This document shows, piece by piece, positions 10,260 to 22,714 of a DNA stretch of 64,000 nucleotides; the stretch's first letter is position 1; each line of letters starts with the position of its first letter. This DNA is from Pedobacter sp. Its GTDB lineage: Bacteria > Desulfobacterota > Desulfuromonadia > Desulfuromonadales > Syntrophotaleaceae. Location of the stretch: positions 64,001 to 128,000 of the forward strand of contig JBFWJC010000001.1 in assembly GCA_050253415.1 (NCBI GenBank). The letters run 5' to 3'. The notes below the pieces were generated by a model. That model worked only from the letters and a program-made list of their open reading frames with translations, had not been told where the DNA came from and ran no database searches. A program made the translations under genes and the position numbers.

Positions 10260-11378
10260 TTGAGTAAGCGCGATTATTACGAGGTTCTGGAAGTCCATCG
10301 CAATGCCAGCGAAACGGAGATAAAAAAAGCCTATCGCAAACTGGCGATTCAATATCACCCGGATAAAAACGCCGGAGACAAAGCCGCCGAAGAAAAATTC
10401 AAGGAAATCTCCGAAGCGTATTCCGTGTTGTCCGACACCCAGCAACGCGTAATCTACGACCAATATGGCCATGCCGGCCTCGGCAATGGCGGTGGAGGTG
10501 GCGGTTACTCTTCCGGTGGCTTTGGCGGCAGTCCCTTTGAGGATCTGTTCGGCGATATTTTTGGAGACATTTTTGGGGGACGCTCCAGCCAACGTAGTCG
10601 CGGCCGCCGTGGAGATGATCTGCGCTACAACCTCTCCATCACGTTTGAAGAAGCGGCCTTCGGACTCGAAACCAAAATTCAGATCCCGCGTTATCAGGCT
10701 TGCGGTACCTGCGATGGCCTTGGCTCCAAACCGGGAACAACTCCACGCGTCTGCCCTACCTGCCAGGGTGCAGGTCAGGTGCGAATCCAGCAGGGTTACT
10801 TTTCGCTGACCAGACCTTGCCCCGAATGTCAGGGAGAGGGCCAGATCATCGACCAACCTTGCGACGAATGTCGCGGCAGTGGCCGGATACGCGGCAAGCG
10901 TACCTTGACTCTTAAAATCCCCGCCGGCGTTGAAACCGGCAGTCGCCTCAAATTATCCGCCGAGGGGGACCCTGGCCTGAACGGCGGTCCGCCGGGCGAT
11001 CTGTATGTGGTGATTTCCGTTCAGGATCACCCCCTGTTCCGCCGCGACGGTCAAGACATTATCTGCGAAATCCCGATCTCTTTTCCGCAAGCGGCTCTTG
11101 GTTGCGAACTGGAAGTGCCGACCCTGACGGAAAAGATTACTATCAAGGTCGCACCCGGCACCCAGTCCGGGAAAGTGATAAAGCTCCAGGATCGCGGCTT
11201 TCCTTCCTTGCAGGGATATGGACGCGGCGACCAGCTGGTCGTTTTGAGAGCGGAAGTTCCAACCAGCCTGACCGATCGCCAAAAAGAACTGCTGGAGGAA
11301 TTCGCCCGAGAGGGTGGTGAAGACATCCACCCCATGGGAAAAACATTCTTTGATAAAGTGAAAGAACTGTTTGGCTGA
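10260..11378 (+). CDS. dnaJ: Molecular chaperone DnaJ
   Basis: J-domain with HPD, a G/F-rich region and four CxxCxGxG repeats. Confidence 0.99.
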   Translation: MSKRDYYEVLEVHRNASETEIKKAYRKLAIQYHPDKNAGDKAAEEKFKEISEAYSVLSDTQQRVIYDQYGHAGLGNGGGGGGYSSGGFGGSPFEDLFGDIFGDIFGGRSSQRSRGRRGDDLRYNLSITFEEAAFGLETKIQIPRYQACGTCDGLGSKPGTTPRVCPTCQGAGQVRIQQGYFSLTRPCPECQGEGQIIDQPCDECRGSGRIRGKRTLTLKIPAGVETGSRLKLSAEGDPGLNGGPPGDLYVVISVQDHPLFRRDGQDIICEIPISFPQAALGCELEVPTLTEKITIKVAPGTQSGKVIKLQDRGFPSLQGYGRGDQLVVLRAEVPTSLTDRQKELLEEFAREGGEDIHPMGKTFFDKVKELFG

Positions 11379-13269
11379 TCCGCCTATTCGGATCGATATT
11401 TTAATACGAGGCCCTCACTTGAATCGCGCCATTGTCGCAGCTTTTGTTTTAGCTATTATCTTCCTGGCGGGACATCGCGCCATGGCAGCACCGGCAACGA
11501 CTCCCTTGCAGCAGGCACTGGAACTGTATCAATCCGGTTCCCCCGAAAGGGCCGTGCCCTTGCTTAAAGCCGCCATTTCGCAAAACCCCGAGGCACCTGA
11601 TGCGTGGCAGGCACATCTGGCACTGGCGCGCATCTATCATAAACAAGACCGACTTGCCGACATGCTTGCGCAACTGGGAGCAATCCCGGCCGAAAAACGC
11701 AATCCGGAAGCCCTTCTCCTCGAGGGCCTGGGTTTATTGGGCACGGGGCAGGTTGTTTCCGGCATGGACCGCCTGCGTTCCCTCCCGGAAACCGGCCTCA
11801 ACAGCCAGCAGCAGCAACAACGCCTGACGGCTTTGTCCGAAGGGGCCTCACAACTCGAACGCCATGCGGAAGCCCTTTACTTTATTCAACAGAGCGTGCT
11901 TCACAGCAACGAGCCTGCCAACACTTCCGCGCTACTGCAACAAGCCCATGAGCTCTTAAAAAATCGTTGCAGCGATGCAGAATTGGCCGAAGCTGCATTT
12001 CTATACCAGGGGACAGCCGTAGGACTGGATGCCTTGCTACAGCAGGCCTGGCGCCACAAGAACGCTGGTCGATCCGAGCAGGCGCTGCTGCTCCTCAACA
12101 CCCTGCTGAAAAGCCCGGTAGACTTTCCGTTTCGTGACAACGCCGAACTGTTGCTGCAGCAATTGTCCGGCAGCGGTCAATCGCTGGCACTGGGGGTATT
12201 ACTGCCCCTTTCAGGGCGCTTTTCCAATTATGGGAAGCAAGTTCTGAGGGGCATGGAACTGGCCCTCGAGCTGCATAACCAGCAATCCCCAAAAATCACC
12301 CTGTTGGTAAGGGATAGTGCCGGAGAACCGGACCTGGCGGAACAACTTATCGGAGAACTGGCTTCCTCCCCGCAAGTACTGGGCGTATTAGGACCCCTGA
12401 CGGGAAGCGCCGCAAACGCCGCTGCGCAACGGGCACAGCAGGAACATCTGCCCATGCTGGCACTTTCGCAGCATGCGGGGCTCCCTCAAGTCGGCCCCTG
12501 GATTTTTCGTAATTCACTCACCAGTGAACTCCAGGTGCACACGCTGGTTGACTACGCCGTCAACCAAAAGAAGATATCTTCTTTTGGCATACTTGCCCCC
12601 GATACCCGCCTTGGCAGGGAAATAAGCCAGGCTTTTTCCGATGCTGTACGCGACAAGGGTGCAAAGATCGTAGCCATCCAGACCTACAGTCCGCAAACCA
12701 CTGATTTTCGCCGGCAGGTTAAGTTACTGCAGGGCTTAAACCCCAACACGCCCGAACCTAAAAAGGAACCTGGCACCAGCGTGCAGCCACCCGCTCCTGC
12801 GCCCTTCGACGCGCTATTTGTGCCCGCCAACCCGGACCAACTTGCCTTGATTGCACCGCAATTACCCTTCTACGGGCTGTCGGGCGCAGTCCTCCTCGGC
12901 AATGCCAGTTGGGATGCTCCGAACTTACTGCCCCTGGCTGGCCCCTATCTGGACAATGCCGTTTTCGTCAGTGGTTTTTATCGTTTCAGCCCCTACCCCT
13001 TCGTGCGAGAGTTTGTTGATCGCTACTTTGAGCAGTATGGCGCTGAGCCTTCACTCCTCGCAGCGCAGGGATTTGATGTGGCCAACATTGTCCTTTCCCT
13101 GCTGAAGAACCCGAAATTTGCCAGCCGCGAAAGCCTCCGCCATGCCTTGAGCCAGCTACAGAACTATCCGGGAGTTACCGGGGCAACCGGCTTCACCCCT
13201 TCCGGGGAAGCCGAAAAAGTACTGTACCTGCTGGAGGTCAAACAAGGAGCTCTTGTTCAGCTGAACTGA
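11371..13269 (+). CDS. Penicillin-binding protein activator LpoA/LppC-like (TPR plus periplasmic-binding-protein domain)
   Basis: Signal peptide, TPR-like helical N-terminal half, then [11 protein letters not shown]...LGPL...A.GFD...GVTG type I PBP fold. Start uncertain. Confidence 0.75.
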   Translation: MADPPIRIDILIRGPHLNRAIVAAFVLAIIFLAGHRAMAAPATTPLQQALELYQSGSPERAVPLLKAAISQNPEAPDAWQAHLALARIYHKQDRLADMLAQLGAIPAEKRNPEALLLEGLGLLGTGQVVSGMDRLRSLPETGLNSQQQQQRLTALSEGASQLERHAEALYFIQQSVLHSNEPANTSALLQQAHELLKNRCSDAELAEAAFLYQGTAVGLDALLQQAWRHKNAGRSEQALLLLNTLLKSPVDFPFRDNAELLLQQLSGSGQSLALGVLLPLSGRFSNYGKQVLRGMELALELHNQQSPKITLLVRDSAGEPDLAEQLIGELASSPQVLGVLGPLTGSAANAAAQRAQQEHLPMLALSQHAGLPQVGPWIFRNSLTSELQVHTLVDYAVNQKKISSFGILAPDTRLGREISQAFSDAVRDKGAKIVAIQTYSPQTTDFRRQVKLLQGLNPNTPEPKKEPGTSVQPPAPAPFDALFVPANPDQLALIAPQLPFYGLSGAVLLGNASWDAPNLLPLAGPYLDNAVFVSGFYRFSPYPFVREFVDRYFEQYGAEPSLLAAQGFDVANIVLSLLKNPKFASRESLRHALSQLQNYPGVTGATGFTPSGEAEKVLYLLEVKQGALVQLN

Positions 13270-13522
13270 CTCTGGCCTCGGTTCATAATGACCATCTTTG
13301 ACCACCATCCGTACGCTGCTTGCGCTGCCTGCGAGTGGTGGTCGAACTGAAACCGTACTACCTTAGCGCCGGACATGCTTAGAGTCCGGCCCCAAGTCCG
13401 AACCACTTCACGCCTTTCCCGCCTGTTATCGACTGTCTCCGGAACGTCCTGACACCCCCTACCCTTGACGTATGCGTAACTATTATGTTAATCTTACTTT
13501 TGCGATAAAAAGGAGCCATACT

Positions 13523-14008
13523 TTGTTCAAAATTGGAGACATGGCTGTTTACCCAGCCCAAGGTGTCGGAGTAATCGAGGCCATCGAGTCAAAAGAATTT
13601 GTTGGCCAAACATTGGATTTCTACGTCCTTCGCATCGTTGACAGCGACATGACCATCATGATCCCGGTTAACAATGTCGATAGCGTGGGAATGCGATCCC
13701 TCATTGACAAGTCCCACGTCCGTACAGTTTACGACATCCTACAGGACAAACCTGAAAACCAGGCAAGTCTGGCCTCATGGAGCCGCCGCCAACGCGACTA
13801 CAACGATAAGATTCGCTCCGGCGATGTATTCGAGGTGGCAGAAGTACTGCGGGAACTGTATCTCATCCGGGAAGAGAAGGAACTCTCCTACGGTGAGAAA
13901 AAGGTTTTGGAGCTTGCCCGCAAACTGGTTTTCAAAGAAATCGCCCTGGCGGACGGCAAGGAAGAACAGCAGGTCGCAGACCGTGTCGAGAGCTTTTTTA
14001 CGCACTAG
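13523..14008 (+). CDS. carD: CarD family transcriptional regulator
   Basis: FKIGDMAVYPAQGVGVIEAIE and WSRRQR motifs; TTG start after AAGGAG; conserved carD-ispD-ispF order. Confidence 0.93.
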   Translation: MFKIGDMAVYPAQGVGVIEAIESKEFVGQTLDFYVLRIVDSDMTIMIPVNNVDSVGMRSLIDKSHVRTVYDILQDKPENQASLASWSRRQRDYNDKIRSGDVFEVAEVLRELYLIREEKELSYGEKKVLELARKLVFKEIALADGKEEQQVADRVESFFTH

Positions 14009-14155
14009 CTTCCCCACACAAAAAACCACAGCCACCCCTGCACAGCCTGTCGCCGTTACACGTTTTTCAAGCCTTTCCATTTATCGTCGCACCGGCTCCC
14101 ATGCTGGTCCGTTGGCGTACCGGCAGGCGCCCCGAGATGCTGCCGAATCCCTATC

Positions 14156-14857
14156 ATGAGTATTTACGTTCTGATTCCGGCAGCAGGCATGGGCCGACGC
14201 ATGGGTGCGTCTGTCAACAAACAATACCTGCCCCTTGGTGACCGGCCGGTTCTCAGCCACACCATCGCTCTTTTCGATCAACATCCCAGTATCGACCATA
14301 TATATGTCATCTGCCCGGAAGCGGAGATCCCCCTGTGTCAGCGGGAGGTCATCGATCCGTTCGGGTTCAGGAAGGTGCGTGCCCTAGTGGCCGGCGGTGC
14401 GGAACGCCAGGATTCGGTGCGCAACGGATTGCAGGCATGCCAGGCCAGCGACGAAGATATCGTGTTGATTCATGATGGGGCCCGCCCACTGCTGCCGCCG
14501 GATCTGATAGATCCGGTTGTCACAGCCACGCAACGTCTTGGAGCAGCCATTGTCGGGGTACCGGTCAAAGATACTATCAAGATGGTGAGCAACGGCTTGA
14601 TAGACAAAACTCCCGACCGGCGCAGCCTCTGGCAGGCTCAAACCCCCCAGAGTTTCCGTTACGGGCTGATCCGGGATGCCCACATTGAGGCACTTCGGCA
14701 AAACTACCGTGGCACCGACGATGCGTCCCTGATAGAATGGCGCGGCGGCCCCGTGGCCATGATTGAGGGATGCTATCGCAATATCAAAATAACCACGCCC
14801 GAGGACCTGGTTCTGGCCCGGGCATTTCTCGACTCACCAGGAGATAAACCGGCATGA
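14156..14857 (+). CDS. ispD: 2-C-methyl-D-erythritol 4-phosphate cytidylyltransferase
   Basis: [35 protein letters not shown] and [10 protein letters not shown] motifs. Confidence 0.97.
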   Translation: MSIYVLIPAAGMGRRMGASVNKQYLPLGDRPVLSHTIALFDQHPSIDHIYVICPEAEIPLCQREVIDPFGFRKVRALVAGGAERQDSVRNGLQACQASDEDIVLIHDGARPLLPPDLIDPVVTATQRLGAAIVGVPVKDTIKMVSNGLIDKTPDRRSLWQAQTPQSFRYGLIRDAHIEALRQNYRGTDDASLIEWRGGPVAMIEGCYRNIKITTPEDLVLARAFLDSPGDKPA

Positions 14858-15354
14858 TGCGGATCGGACACGGTTACGATGTTCACCAGTTGGTGGCGGA
14901 ACGCAAACTCATTCTCGGCGGCGTGGACATCCCCCACCACCTCGGTCTTCTGGGGCACTCCGATGCCGACGTGCTGCTGCACGCTATTTGCGATGCGATC
15001 CTCGGAGCTCTCGGCGCAGGAGATATCGGCAAGCACTTTCCCGATACCGATGCAGCTTACCGGGGCATCTCCAGCATTAAACTGCTGCACGAAGTCATGG
15101 CACTGGCTCAAGGACAAGGCTATGTGATCGGCAACCTTGACGCCACCATCATCGCCCAACGCCCCAAGCTGGCACCCTTTATCGGACAGATGCGCGAAAA
15201 CATCGCCGCCGCCTGCGCCACCGGAGTGACCGAGGTCAACGTCAAGGCGACGACCACTGAGCAATTGGGATTTGAAGGCCGTGGCGAAGGGATCTCCGCC
15301 CATGCGGTGGTGTTGCTGCGCAAGGCTGTCAGCGGGGAAGAACTGCAGCTTTAA
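14854..15354 (+). CDS. ispF: 2-C-methyl-D-erythritol 2,4-cyclodiphosphate synthase
   Basis: [29 protein letters not shown] and NVKATTTE motifs; ATGA overlap with ispD. Confidence 0.97.
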   Translation: MMRIGHGYDVHQLVAERKLILGGVDIPHHLGLLGHSDADVLLHAICDAILGALGAGDIGKHFPDTDAAYRGISSIKLLHEVMALAQGQGYVIGNLDATIIAQRPKLAPFIGQMRENIAAACATGVTEVNVKATTTEQLGFEGRGEGISAHAVVLLRKAVSGEELQL

Positions 15355-15483
15355 CCCTGAGGGTCCGCCTCCCGACCGGGCAATTCACTATTGCTTTTTA
15401 CGTATAAATTTGCGACCTTTCTCCGGATGGTCGCTTTTTAAAACCGACGTTACTCCCCCACACACCGTTACGAGGTTTTTCCC

Positions 15484-17232
15484 ATGTCGAACAACTGTTC
15501 GAAGGAATCTGCGGATAATTCTACTACCGACAACGCTTCACCGGAATCGGCGGCGCCGACGAATTTTATCCGCACCATCATCGATGCGGATTTGCGGCAG
15601 AATAAGAACAACGGCAGCGTTGTCACCCGTTTTCCGCCCGAGCCGAATGGCTATCTGCACATTGGCCACGCCAAGAGCATCTGCCTTAATTTCGGCCTGG
15701 CGCGCGATTATGCCACCGCCCCCGGCGGTAGCCGGTGCCACCTGCGATTCGACGATACCAACCCGGTGAAAGAAGAAGTCGAGTATATCGAGTCGATCAA
15801 GGAAACGGTACAATGGCTCGGCTTCGACTGGGGAAAACACGAATATTACGCTTCGGATTACTTTGAGCAACTGTATCGATGGGCGGTGCAACTTATCGAA
15901 GCTGGCAAAGCTTATGTCGATGACCTGTCAGCAGAAGAAATCCGCGCCCATCGGGGAACCCTGACCGAACCCGGCAAAAACAGCCCCTTCAGGGACCGCT
16001 CTGTAGAAGAAAACCTGGCCCTGTTCGAGGCCATGAAGAATGGTGACTTCCCCGATGGTACCAAGGTCCTGCGGGCCAAAGTCGACATGGCCTCACCCAA
16101 TCTGAATATGCGGGATCCGGTCATGTACCGGATTTTACATGCAGAGCACCATCGCACCGGCAACGACTGGTGCATCTACCCCATGTACGACTTCACACAC
16201 GGCCAGTCCGACTCGCTGGAGGGGATTACCCATTCCATCTGCACCCTCGAATTCGAGGCGCACCGACCGCTATACGACTGGTTTATCGATCAGCTCGGCA
16301 TTCACCACCCCCAGCAGATCGAATTTGCCCGCCTCAACATCAATTACACGGTGATGAGCAAGCGCAAGTTGCTGGAACTGGTCAATGGCAAGTACGTGCA
16401 GGGCTGGGAAGATCCGCGCATGCCGACTTTGGCAGGCCTGCGCCGTCGGGGCTTCACCGCGGCGGCGATCCGCAACTTCTGCGAGCGCATCGGGGTTTCA
16501 AAAAAGGACAGCTGCGTCGACATGGGCTTTTTGGAATTCTGCGTACGGGAGGATCTTGATCGTACCACTCCGCGCGCCATGGCGGTACTCGACCCCTTGC
16601 GCGTGGTGATCGACAACTATCCCGACGGTCAGAGTGAAGAATTCGAGGCCCCCAACCATCCCAACGAGCCGGCTATGGGCAGCCGCAAGGTACCTTTTTC
16701 CAAGGTTCTCTATATTGAACGGGAAGATTTCATGGAAGATCCTCCCAAAAAGTTCTTCCGACTTGCTCCGGGCCGCGAAGTACGCCTCAAATACGCCTAT
16801 CTGGTTCGCTGCGATGAGGTGATCAAAGATCCCGTCAGCGGTGAGATCATCGAGCTTCGCTGCAGCTACGATCCGGATTCGCGCGGTGGTTCCGCCCCCG
16901 ACGGCCGTAAAGTCAAGGGCACTCTGCACTGGGTTTCCGAGGCCCATGCGGTCAAGGCCGAAGTTCGCCTTTACGACCGCCTGTTTAACGATCCCAACCC
17001 GGACGGCGACAAAGAGGTCGACTTCAAAACCCACCTCAACCCCGATTCCCTTCAGGTGGTGCAGAATTGCCTGCTGGAACCGTCGTTGGCTGAGGCCATG
17101 CCCGAGAATCGCTATCAGTTTGAAAGACTTGGTTATTTCTGCGCCGATCGCTACGATTTCAGTCCTGCAAAACCGGTCTTCAACCGGACTGTGACCCTGC
17201 GCGATTCCTGGGCCAAAACCGGCGACAAATAG
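15484..17232 (+). CDS. glnS: Glutamine--tRNA ligase
   Basis: [31 protein letters not shown] and FNRTVTLRD motifs. Confidence 0.98.
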   Translation: MSNNCSKESADNSTTDNASPESAAPTNFIRTIIDADLRQNKNNGSVVTRFPPEPNGYLHIGHAKSICLNFGLARDYATAPGGSRCHLRFDDTNPVKEEVEYIESIKETVQWLGFDWGKHEYYASDYFEQLYRWAVQLIEAGKAYVDDLSAEEIRAHRGTLTEPGKNSPFRDRSVEENLALFEAMKNGDFPDGTKVLRAKVDMASPNLNMRDPVMYRILHAEHHRTGNDWCIYPMYDFTHGQSDSLEGITHSICTLEFEAHRPLYDWFIDQLGIHHPQQIEFARLNINYTVMSKRKLLELVNGKYVQGWEDPRMPTLAGLRRRGFTAAAIRNFCERIGVSKKDSCVDMGFLEFCVREDLDRTTPRAMAVLDPLRVVIDNYPDGQSEEFEAPNHPNEPAMGSRKVPFSKVLYIEREDFMEDPPKKFFRLAPGREVRLKYAYLVRCDEVIKDPVSGEIIELRCSYDPDSRGGSAPDGRKVKGTLHWVSEAHAVKAEVRLYDRLFNDPNPDGDKEVDFKTHLNPDSLQVVQNCLLEPSLAEAMPENRYQFERLGYFCADRYDFSPAKPVFNRTVTLRDSWAKTGDK

Positions 17233-17277
17233 TTTTCATCCACTGTCTGCCCGATATATCAAGGAGAAACCGTTACC

Positions 17278-18723
17278 ATGAGTTTGCGCGTTTACAATAC
17301 CATGACCGGCCGCAAAGAAGATTTCGAGCCGATTAATCCCGGCAAGGTCGGCATGTATGTCTGCGGGGTAACCGTTTACGACTATTGCCATATTGGCCAC
17401 GCTCGCGCCAATGTGGTTTTCGATATCATTTACCGCTACCTGCAGTTCATCGGTTTCGACGTTAACTATGTGCGCAACTATACCGATGTCGACGATAAGA
17501 TCATCAACCGCGCCAACGAACGGGGCATTTCCTCCAACGATCTGGCCAGCGAATTCATCCGGGCGTTTGACGAGGACATGCAACGGTTGGGCCTGGCCGA
17601 GCCGACCATCCAGCCCAAGGCAACCCACCATATCGACCACATCATCAACCTGGTGCAGCGCCTTATCGACCGGGGCATGGCCTACGCATCACAGGGCGAT
17701 GTTTATTTTTCGGTAGAGAACTTCCCTTCCTACCTCAAACTCAGCAAGCGCAACATGGACGAAATGCGCTCCGGCGCACGCATCACTCCCGGCGAGCAGA
17801 AGCGCAACCCCATGGACTTTGCGCTGTGGAAGGCCGCCAAACCGGGTGAACCCTCCTGGGACAGCCCCTGGGGACCCGGACGCCCCGGGTGGCACATCGA
17901 ATGTTCCGCCATGTCGATGGAATATCTCGGCGAATCTTTCGACATTCATGGCGGTGGCAAGGACCTGGTGTTCCCCCACCATGAAAACGAAATCGCCCAG
18001 AGCGAGGGGGCTACCGGCAAACCGTTTGTCAAATACTGGCTGCACAACGGTTTCGTCAATGTAAACCAGGAGAAAATGAGCAAGTCCCTGGGCAACTTTT
18101 TCACGATCCGGGACATCCTCAAAAGTTACGACCCGGAGGTGCTGCGCTTCTTTATCCTGACAGCCCACTACCGCTCGCCCATCGACTTCTCCGACCAGAA
18201 CCTGCAGGATGCACGCCTCGGCCTGAGCCGCTTTTACGAAGGGCTGCAAGCCGCCGACGAAGTACTGGCCGCCTGCCCGCCAGGCGACGCTACCTCGGAT
18301 GCCGGCAACGCTCTGGAAAACGCCTTCCGTGAAGCCATGGACGATGATTTCAACACGGCTGCGGCTATCGGTCACCTGTTCGACGCGGTGCGGACCATCA
18401 ACCGTCTGATTGCCGAAAAAGGCTTCCGTAAAAATCGCGACAAAATTGCCGAGGTAACCGCACTGCGCGACGCCCTGCTCAAAATCGGCGGGGTGCTCGG
18501 ACTGTTCATCTCCGAACCAGCAGCCTGGCTCAAGCAGATGAACCTCGCCATGCTGGCGGATACCGGTTACACCGAAGCCGACATCGAAGACTTCATCCGG
18601 CAGCGTCAGGAGGCTCGTAAAAACAAAGATTTTGCCCGTGCCGACGAAATCCGCGACGAGCTGGCCGCCAAAGGCATTCAGTTCCTCGACGGCCCGCAGG
18701 GCACCACGTGGAAGATTCGCTGA
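17278..18723 (+). CDS. cysS: Cysteine--tRNA ligase
   Basis: [36 protein letters not shown] and KMSKSLGN motifs. Confidence 0.98.
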   Translation: MSLRVYNTMTGRKEDFEPINPGKVGMYVCGVTVYDYCHIGHARANVVFDIIYRYLQFIGFDVNYVRNYTDVDDKIINRANERGISSNDLASEFIRAFDEDMQRLGLAEPTIQPKATHHIDHIINLVQRLIDRGMAYASQGDVYFSVENFPSYLKLSKRNMDEMRSGARITPGEQKRNPMDFALWKAAKPGEPSWDSPWGPGRPGWHIECSAMSMEYLGESFDIHGGGKDLVFPHHENEIAQSEGATGKPFVKYWLHNGFVNVNQEKMSKSLGNFFTIRDILKSYDPEVLRFFILTAHYRSPIDFSDQNLQDARLGLSRFYEGLQAADEVLAACPPGDATSDAGNALENAFREAMDDDFNTAAAIGHLFDAVRTINRLIAEKGFRKNRDKIAEVTALRDALLKIGGVLGLFISEPAAWLKQMNLAMLADTGYTEADIEDFIRQRQEARKNKDFARADEIRDELAAKGIQFLDGPQGTTWKIR

Positions 18724-18750
18724 TGCTGGTTTTTTAAATACGAAGGACGG

Positions 18751-18781
18751 AGGGTCATCCCGCAGGGGGTGGCCCTTTTTT
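18751..18781 (+). terminator. Rho-independent terminator after cysS
   Basis: AGGGTCATCCC-GCAG-GGGGTGGCCCT followed by TTTTT. Confidence 0.7.
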
Positions 18782-18837
18782 GCAACAGACTCCTAGCGGG
18801 TATCTTTTTTCAGCGTGACGGTTTAAACTTTTCCATT

Positions 18838-20841
18838 ATGGCCAAATTCGTACTCAAATCCGACTACCAGCCGCGCGGCGACCAACCGCAGGCTATCGAA
18901 GAATTGTCCGCAGGCATCCTGCGCGGCGACAAGCACCAGGTGTTGCTCGGCGTCACCGGATCGGGCAAGACCTTTACCATGGCCAACGTGGTCGAGAAAG
19001 TGCAACGCCCGACCCTGGTGCTTGCACACAACAAGACCCTGGCGGCCCAGCTCTACGGCGAATTCAAGGAATTATTCCCCGACAATGCAGTGGAATATTT
19101 CGTCTCTTACTACGATTATTACCAGCCTGAAGCCTACGTCGCCAGCACCGACACCTTCATCGAAAAAGATTCGTCCATCAACGAAGAAATCGACAAGATG
19201 CGTCACAGCGCCACGCGCAGCCTGCTCAGCCGCAGCGATGTGCTGATCGTTTCCTCGGTATCGTGCATCTACGGCCTCGGCTCTCCCGAAGCGTATTTCG
19301 GCATGTTGATCCGCCTGGAAACAGGGATGCAGGTCGACCGCAATACCCTGCTCAAGCAACTGGTGGAAATCCAGTACACCCGCAACGATATCGACTTTCA
19401 TCGCGGCACCTTCCGGGTACGCGGCGACACGGTGGAAATCTTTCCTGCGTATGAAGAAAAACGCGCCCTGCGCATCGAGTTCTTCGGCGATGAAATCGAT
19501 GCCATCTGCGAAATCGATCCACTACGCGGCAAAGTACTCGACCGGCTTGACCATACCACCATCTTCCCCGCCAGCCACTACGTCGCCACCCGCCCCACTC
19601 TGGATCGCGCCATCCGGGCCATCCAAGATGAACTGCGGGAACGCATCACCTGGTTCCGCGACAACAACATGCTGGTGGAGGCACAGCGCATCGAGCAACG
19701 CACCCTGTTCGATATAGAGATGATGGAAGAGATGGGCTACTGCCAGGGAATCGAAAATTATTCACGCTTCCTCGACAACCGCCAGGCTGGAGAGGCTCCG
19801 GCCACCCTGTTCGACTATTTCCCCGACAACGCTCTGCTGTTCATCGACGAATCCCATGTCACCGTATCGCAAATCGGCGCCATGTACCGTGGCGACCGTT
19901 CCCGCAAGGAAACCCTGGTCCGGTATGGATTCCGCATGCCCTCGGCGCTCGACAACCGCCCCCTGACCTTTGAGGAATTCGAAGCCAAGGGCATTCCGAC
20001 GGTTTATGTCTCGGCCACCCCGGCCGACTACGAACTGCGCAAAGCCGATGGCGTTGTGGTGGAACAGATCATTCGCCCTACCGGTCTGGTCGATCCACCC
20101 ATTACGATACGGCCGGCCAAAGATCAGGTCGACGATCTCATTCACGAGTTGCGTCTTACCATTAAACAGGGGGAAAGGGTGCTGGTTACCACCCTCACCA
20201 AACGCATGGCGGAGGAGCTTACCGGCTATCTTGGCGAACTTGGCATCAAAGTACGCTACCTGCACTCCGACATCGACACGGTGGAACGCGTGCAGATCCT
20301 GAGGGATCTGCGTCAGGGTTTGTTTGACGTGCTGGTAGGGATCAACCTGCTACGCGAGGGTCTCGACATCCCTGAAGTATCGCTGGTGGCAATTCTCGAC
20401 GCGGACAAGGAGGGCTTTTTGCGCTCCCAACGCTCTTTGATCCAGACCTGCGGTCGCGCAGCACGTAACGTGGCCGGCCGGGTCATTATGTACGCTGACC
20501 GGATCACCCGCTCCATGCAGGCCTGCCTCGACGAAACAGAGCGCCGGCGTACCGCCCAGCTGGCCTATAATCAAGAACATGGTATTACACCGCAAACGGT
20601 CAGAAAATCGATGCGCTCCATTCTCGAAGATATAGCGGAAAAAGATTATGTCGAACTACCGCAGGTCGCCGAGGATATGGGCACCTATCACACACCGAAA
20701 GAAGTACGGGCCGAAATAGTCCGCGTCAAGGATGAGATGCTGGCTGCGGCCTCCAATCTTGAGTTTGAAAAAGCCGCGGATCTGCGCGACCGAATGCTGG
20801 AACTGGAAAAGCTGGAGCTGGCTATACGGGGAGGAAACTAG
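18838..20841 (+). CDS. uvrB: Excinuclease ABC subunit B
   Basis: [39 protein letters not shown] motifs and a C-terminal UVR domain. Confidence 0.99.
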   Translation: MAKFVLKSDYQPRGDQPQAIEELSAGILRGDKHQVLLGVTGSGKTFTMANVVEKVQRPTLVLAHNKTLAAQLYGEFKELFPDNAVEYFVSYYDYYQPEAYVASTDTFIEKDSSINEEIDKMRHSATRSLLSRSDVLIVSSVSCIYGLGSPEAYFGMLIRLETGMQVDRNTLLKQLVEIQYTRNDIDFHRGTFRVRGDTVEIFPAYEEKRALRIEFFGDEIDAICEIDPLRGKVLDRLDHTTIFPASHYVATRPTLDRAIRAIQDELRERITWFRDNNMLVEAQRIEQRTLFDIEMMEEMGYCQGIENYSRFLDNRQAGEAPATLFDYFPDNALLFIDESHVTVSQIGAMYRGDRSRKETLVRYGFRMPSALDNRPLTFEEFEAKGIPTVYVSATPADYELRKADGVVVEQIIRPTGLVDPPITIRPAKDQVDDLIHELRLTIKQGERVLVTTLTKRMAEELTGYLGELGIKVRYLHSDIDTVERVQILRDLRQGLFDVLVGINLLREGLDIPEVSLVAILDADKEGFLRSQRSLIQTCGRAARNVAGRVIMYADRITRSMQACLDETERRRTAQLAYNQEHGITPQTVRKSMRSILEDIAEKDYVELPQVAEDMGTYHTPKEVRAEIVRVKDEMLAAASNLEFEKAADLRDRMLELEKLELAIRGGN

Positions 20842-20860
20842 ACCGGCGAGGTGATAAGAA

Positions 20861-20980
20861 CTAAAAACAGCCCGCAGAAACTGCCGTGATAACCTTGCTC
20901 AGGCAACAATTGACCGTGTAGCCAACAAACACAACCATGGCGATCAGAATCAGGGCAAAAAGCAAAGAGGACTTGGCCAT
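20861..20980 (-). CDS. Putative 39-aa hydrophobic small protein
   Basis: Manual translation: MAKSSLLFALILIAMVVFVGYTVNCCLSKVITAVSAGCF*. AAAGG lies upstream; below the ORF-track size cut-off. Confidence 0.4.
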   Translation of the reverse strand: MAKSSLLFALILIAMVVFVGYTVNCCLSKVITAVSAGCF

Positions 20981-21198
20981 AAGACCTTTTTGAACCGGAC
21001 GACTGGATGCAAACCCGGCTATCCGTGAAAAGCAGCAGAGATGAGCGAAGTATTTCCAGATAAATTTATTTTGAAAATCCTAATCTAAATTCAACAAAGA
21101 ATAAAGCATTTTAATCTGACTGGACCGAATCGTCTCTTTTCATATCTCCACTGGTTATTGTCACACAAGTCTTCAACCCGCAATGGCTGCCTGGCAGC

Positions 21199-21235
21199 AA
21201 AACAAAAAGCCGTCTCCATACATGGAAACGGCTTT
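21199..21235 (-). terminator. Rho-independent terminator for the small paralog genes
   Basis: Minus strand reads AAAGCCGTTTCCATGTATGGAGACGGCTTTTTGTTTT. Confidence 0.7.
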
Positions 21236-21261
21236 CGACCATTACTCAAAACGCTAACGCG

Positions 21262-21468
21262 TCAGGCTTCATCTCCGCCTGGTCCGTTCGCAATTTTGAC
21301 TTCCTCAAGTTTGGCGCACACCTGTACAAAACCACCCTTGAAGATCTCTCCACCCTCCAGATAAGCCTCCCCATTAATCATCATAAAATAGAGACCATCC
21401 CCTTCCTCGCGATAGACGGTATAGGCATACACTCCGTAGCTGTCAGTATGTATTGGCAGTGCACCCAT
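21262..21468 (-). CDS. Small hypothetical protein (68 aa), paralog of 21570..21773
   Basis: Strong AGGAGGAG RBS, downstream terminator and ungapped similarity to the neighbouring ORF. Confidence 0.8.
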   Translation of the reverse strand: MGALPIHTDSYGVYAYTVYREEGDGLYFMMINGEAYLEGGEIFKGGFVQVCAKLEEVKIANGPGGDEA

Positions 21469-21569
21469 GTGAACTCCTCCTATTTATTCATGATCATAGA
21501 TTGCAGCCCTGCGCTGTTTGGCCATAGTCTAAAAGAAGTCGTCAAAGGTGCCAACAACTTTGAAAGGGT

Positions 21570-21773
21570 TCATGTCATGGTTTTGAGTCCTTCGGTCGCC
21601 CTTATCTCCTCCATGCGCTTGAGCACATCGCAAAAAGTGCCCTTGAACAAGCATTGATTCTCCAGGTAGGGCTGACCATCAACCATCAGGAAAAACAAGC
21701 CATCATCAAGATCCCGGCAGATGACATACTCATGATCTTTGGTTACCAGGCTGTGCACTGCAACTTGGTCCAC
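21570..21773 (-). CDS. Small hypothetical protein (67 aa), paralog of 21262..21468
   Basis: GTG start after AAAGGAAG; shares DGL.F.M..G..YLE....FKG.F..V....EE with its neighbour. Confidence 0.78.
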   Translation of the reverse strand: MDQVAVHSLVTKDHEYVICRDLDDGLFFLMVDGQPYLENQCLFKGTFCDVLKRMEEIRATEGLKTMT

Positions 21774-21919
21774 GGCTCTCTTCCTTTACCTGCGCAAGTT
21801 GAATAGCCATCCGCAAAATCACGAATTTAAACAATCTTAGCAAATAAAACCCTGTCGTTAGTTCTCCCCGTCAAGAAAACATGGCCCTGACAATAAGATC
21901 CGTTACATATTTGTAACTT

Positions 21920-22714
21920 CTACAACCGCAACTTGTAACCACGCCCGAAAAGTAAGGCGGCCCAGCAGAACATGGCAAACGCCATGGCAAAGGTTGCGGA
22001 AAAAGACACGATCAGGGGGACATCTCCGACGCCGAGAATGGCCTGGCGAAAGCCATCGATAAGGTACAACATGGGATTGAAACGGGAGAGGCGTTCCCAG
22101 AAAGGCGGGAGGATAGAGACGGGATAAAAGACGCCACCGAGGTAAATCAGCGGCACTATGAGGAAGTTGTTGAACATCGACAGAGCATCGAAGGTGTTGG
22201 CATGGATAGCAGCGATCAGGCCGAACTGGGCAAACAGAAAGCTGGCCAGGGCCGCCATGGCCAGAGTTGCAAACGGATGCACCCAGGGAAGGTCTGCGAA
22301 AAAGGTGGATATGACCAGCACCGCACCGCCGACCAGCAGGCCGCGCAACATGGCTGCAAGGGTATAGGCGAAAATGAACTGCGGGGCGCTGATCGGCGTC
22401 ACCAGCAGATCCACGATATTACCCAGGTAGCGGGAAATAAACAGGGACGAGGAGGTATTAGCGAAACTATTGGTGATGACCCCCATCAGAATCAGGCCGG
22501 GAATGACGAATTGGGCATAGCTGAACCCCTCAAGTACCGAGATTCGCTCGCCAAGGGTGGCACCGAACACGAACAAATACAATGAAGCGGTCACGATCGG
22601 TGCCAGCAGGGTCTGGAAGGAAACCCGCAAAAACCGTCTTACTTCCTTCTGCAACAAGGTAACAAAAGGCAGCCAGACTACGAACTTCTCGGGTTGCCGG
22701 AAGCGTTCCATCAT
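21920..22714 (-). CDS. ABC-2 type transporter permease (YadH-like)
   Basis: KEVRRFLRV..QTL, F.IPGLI.M and YLGGVFY motifs; about six TM helices. Confidence 0.9.
   Translation of the reverse strand: MMERFRQPEKFVVWLPFVTLLQKEVRRFLRVSFQTLLAPIVTASLYLFVFGATLGERISVLEGFSYAQFVIPGLILMGVITNSFANTSSSLFISRYLGNIVDLLVTPISAPQFIFAYTLAAMLRGLLVGGAVLVISTFFADLPWVHPFATLAMAALASFLFAQFGLIAAIHANTFDALSMFNNFLIVPLIYLGGVFYPVSILPPFWERLSRFNPMLYLIDGFRQAILGVGDVPLIVSFSATFAMAFAMFCWAALLFGRGYKLRL

Noticed and set aside
18724..18837. LexA/SOS box upstream of uvrB (and of uvrA)
   Set aside because: No convincing palindrome matching a LexA consensus that I know.
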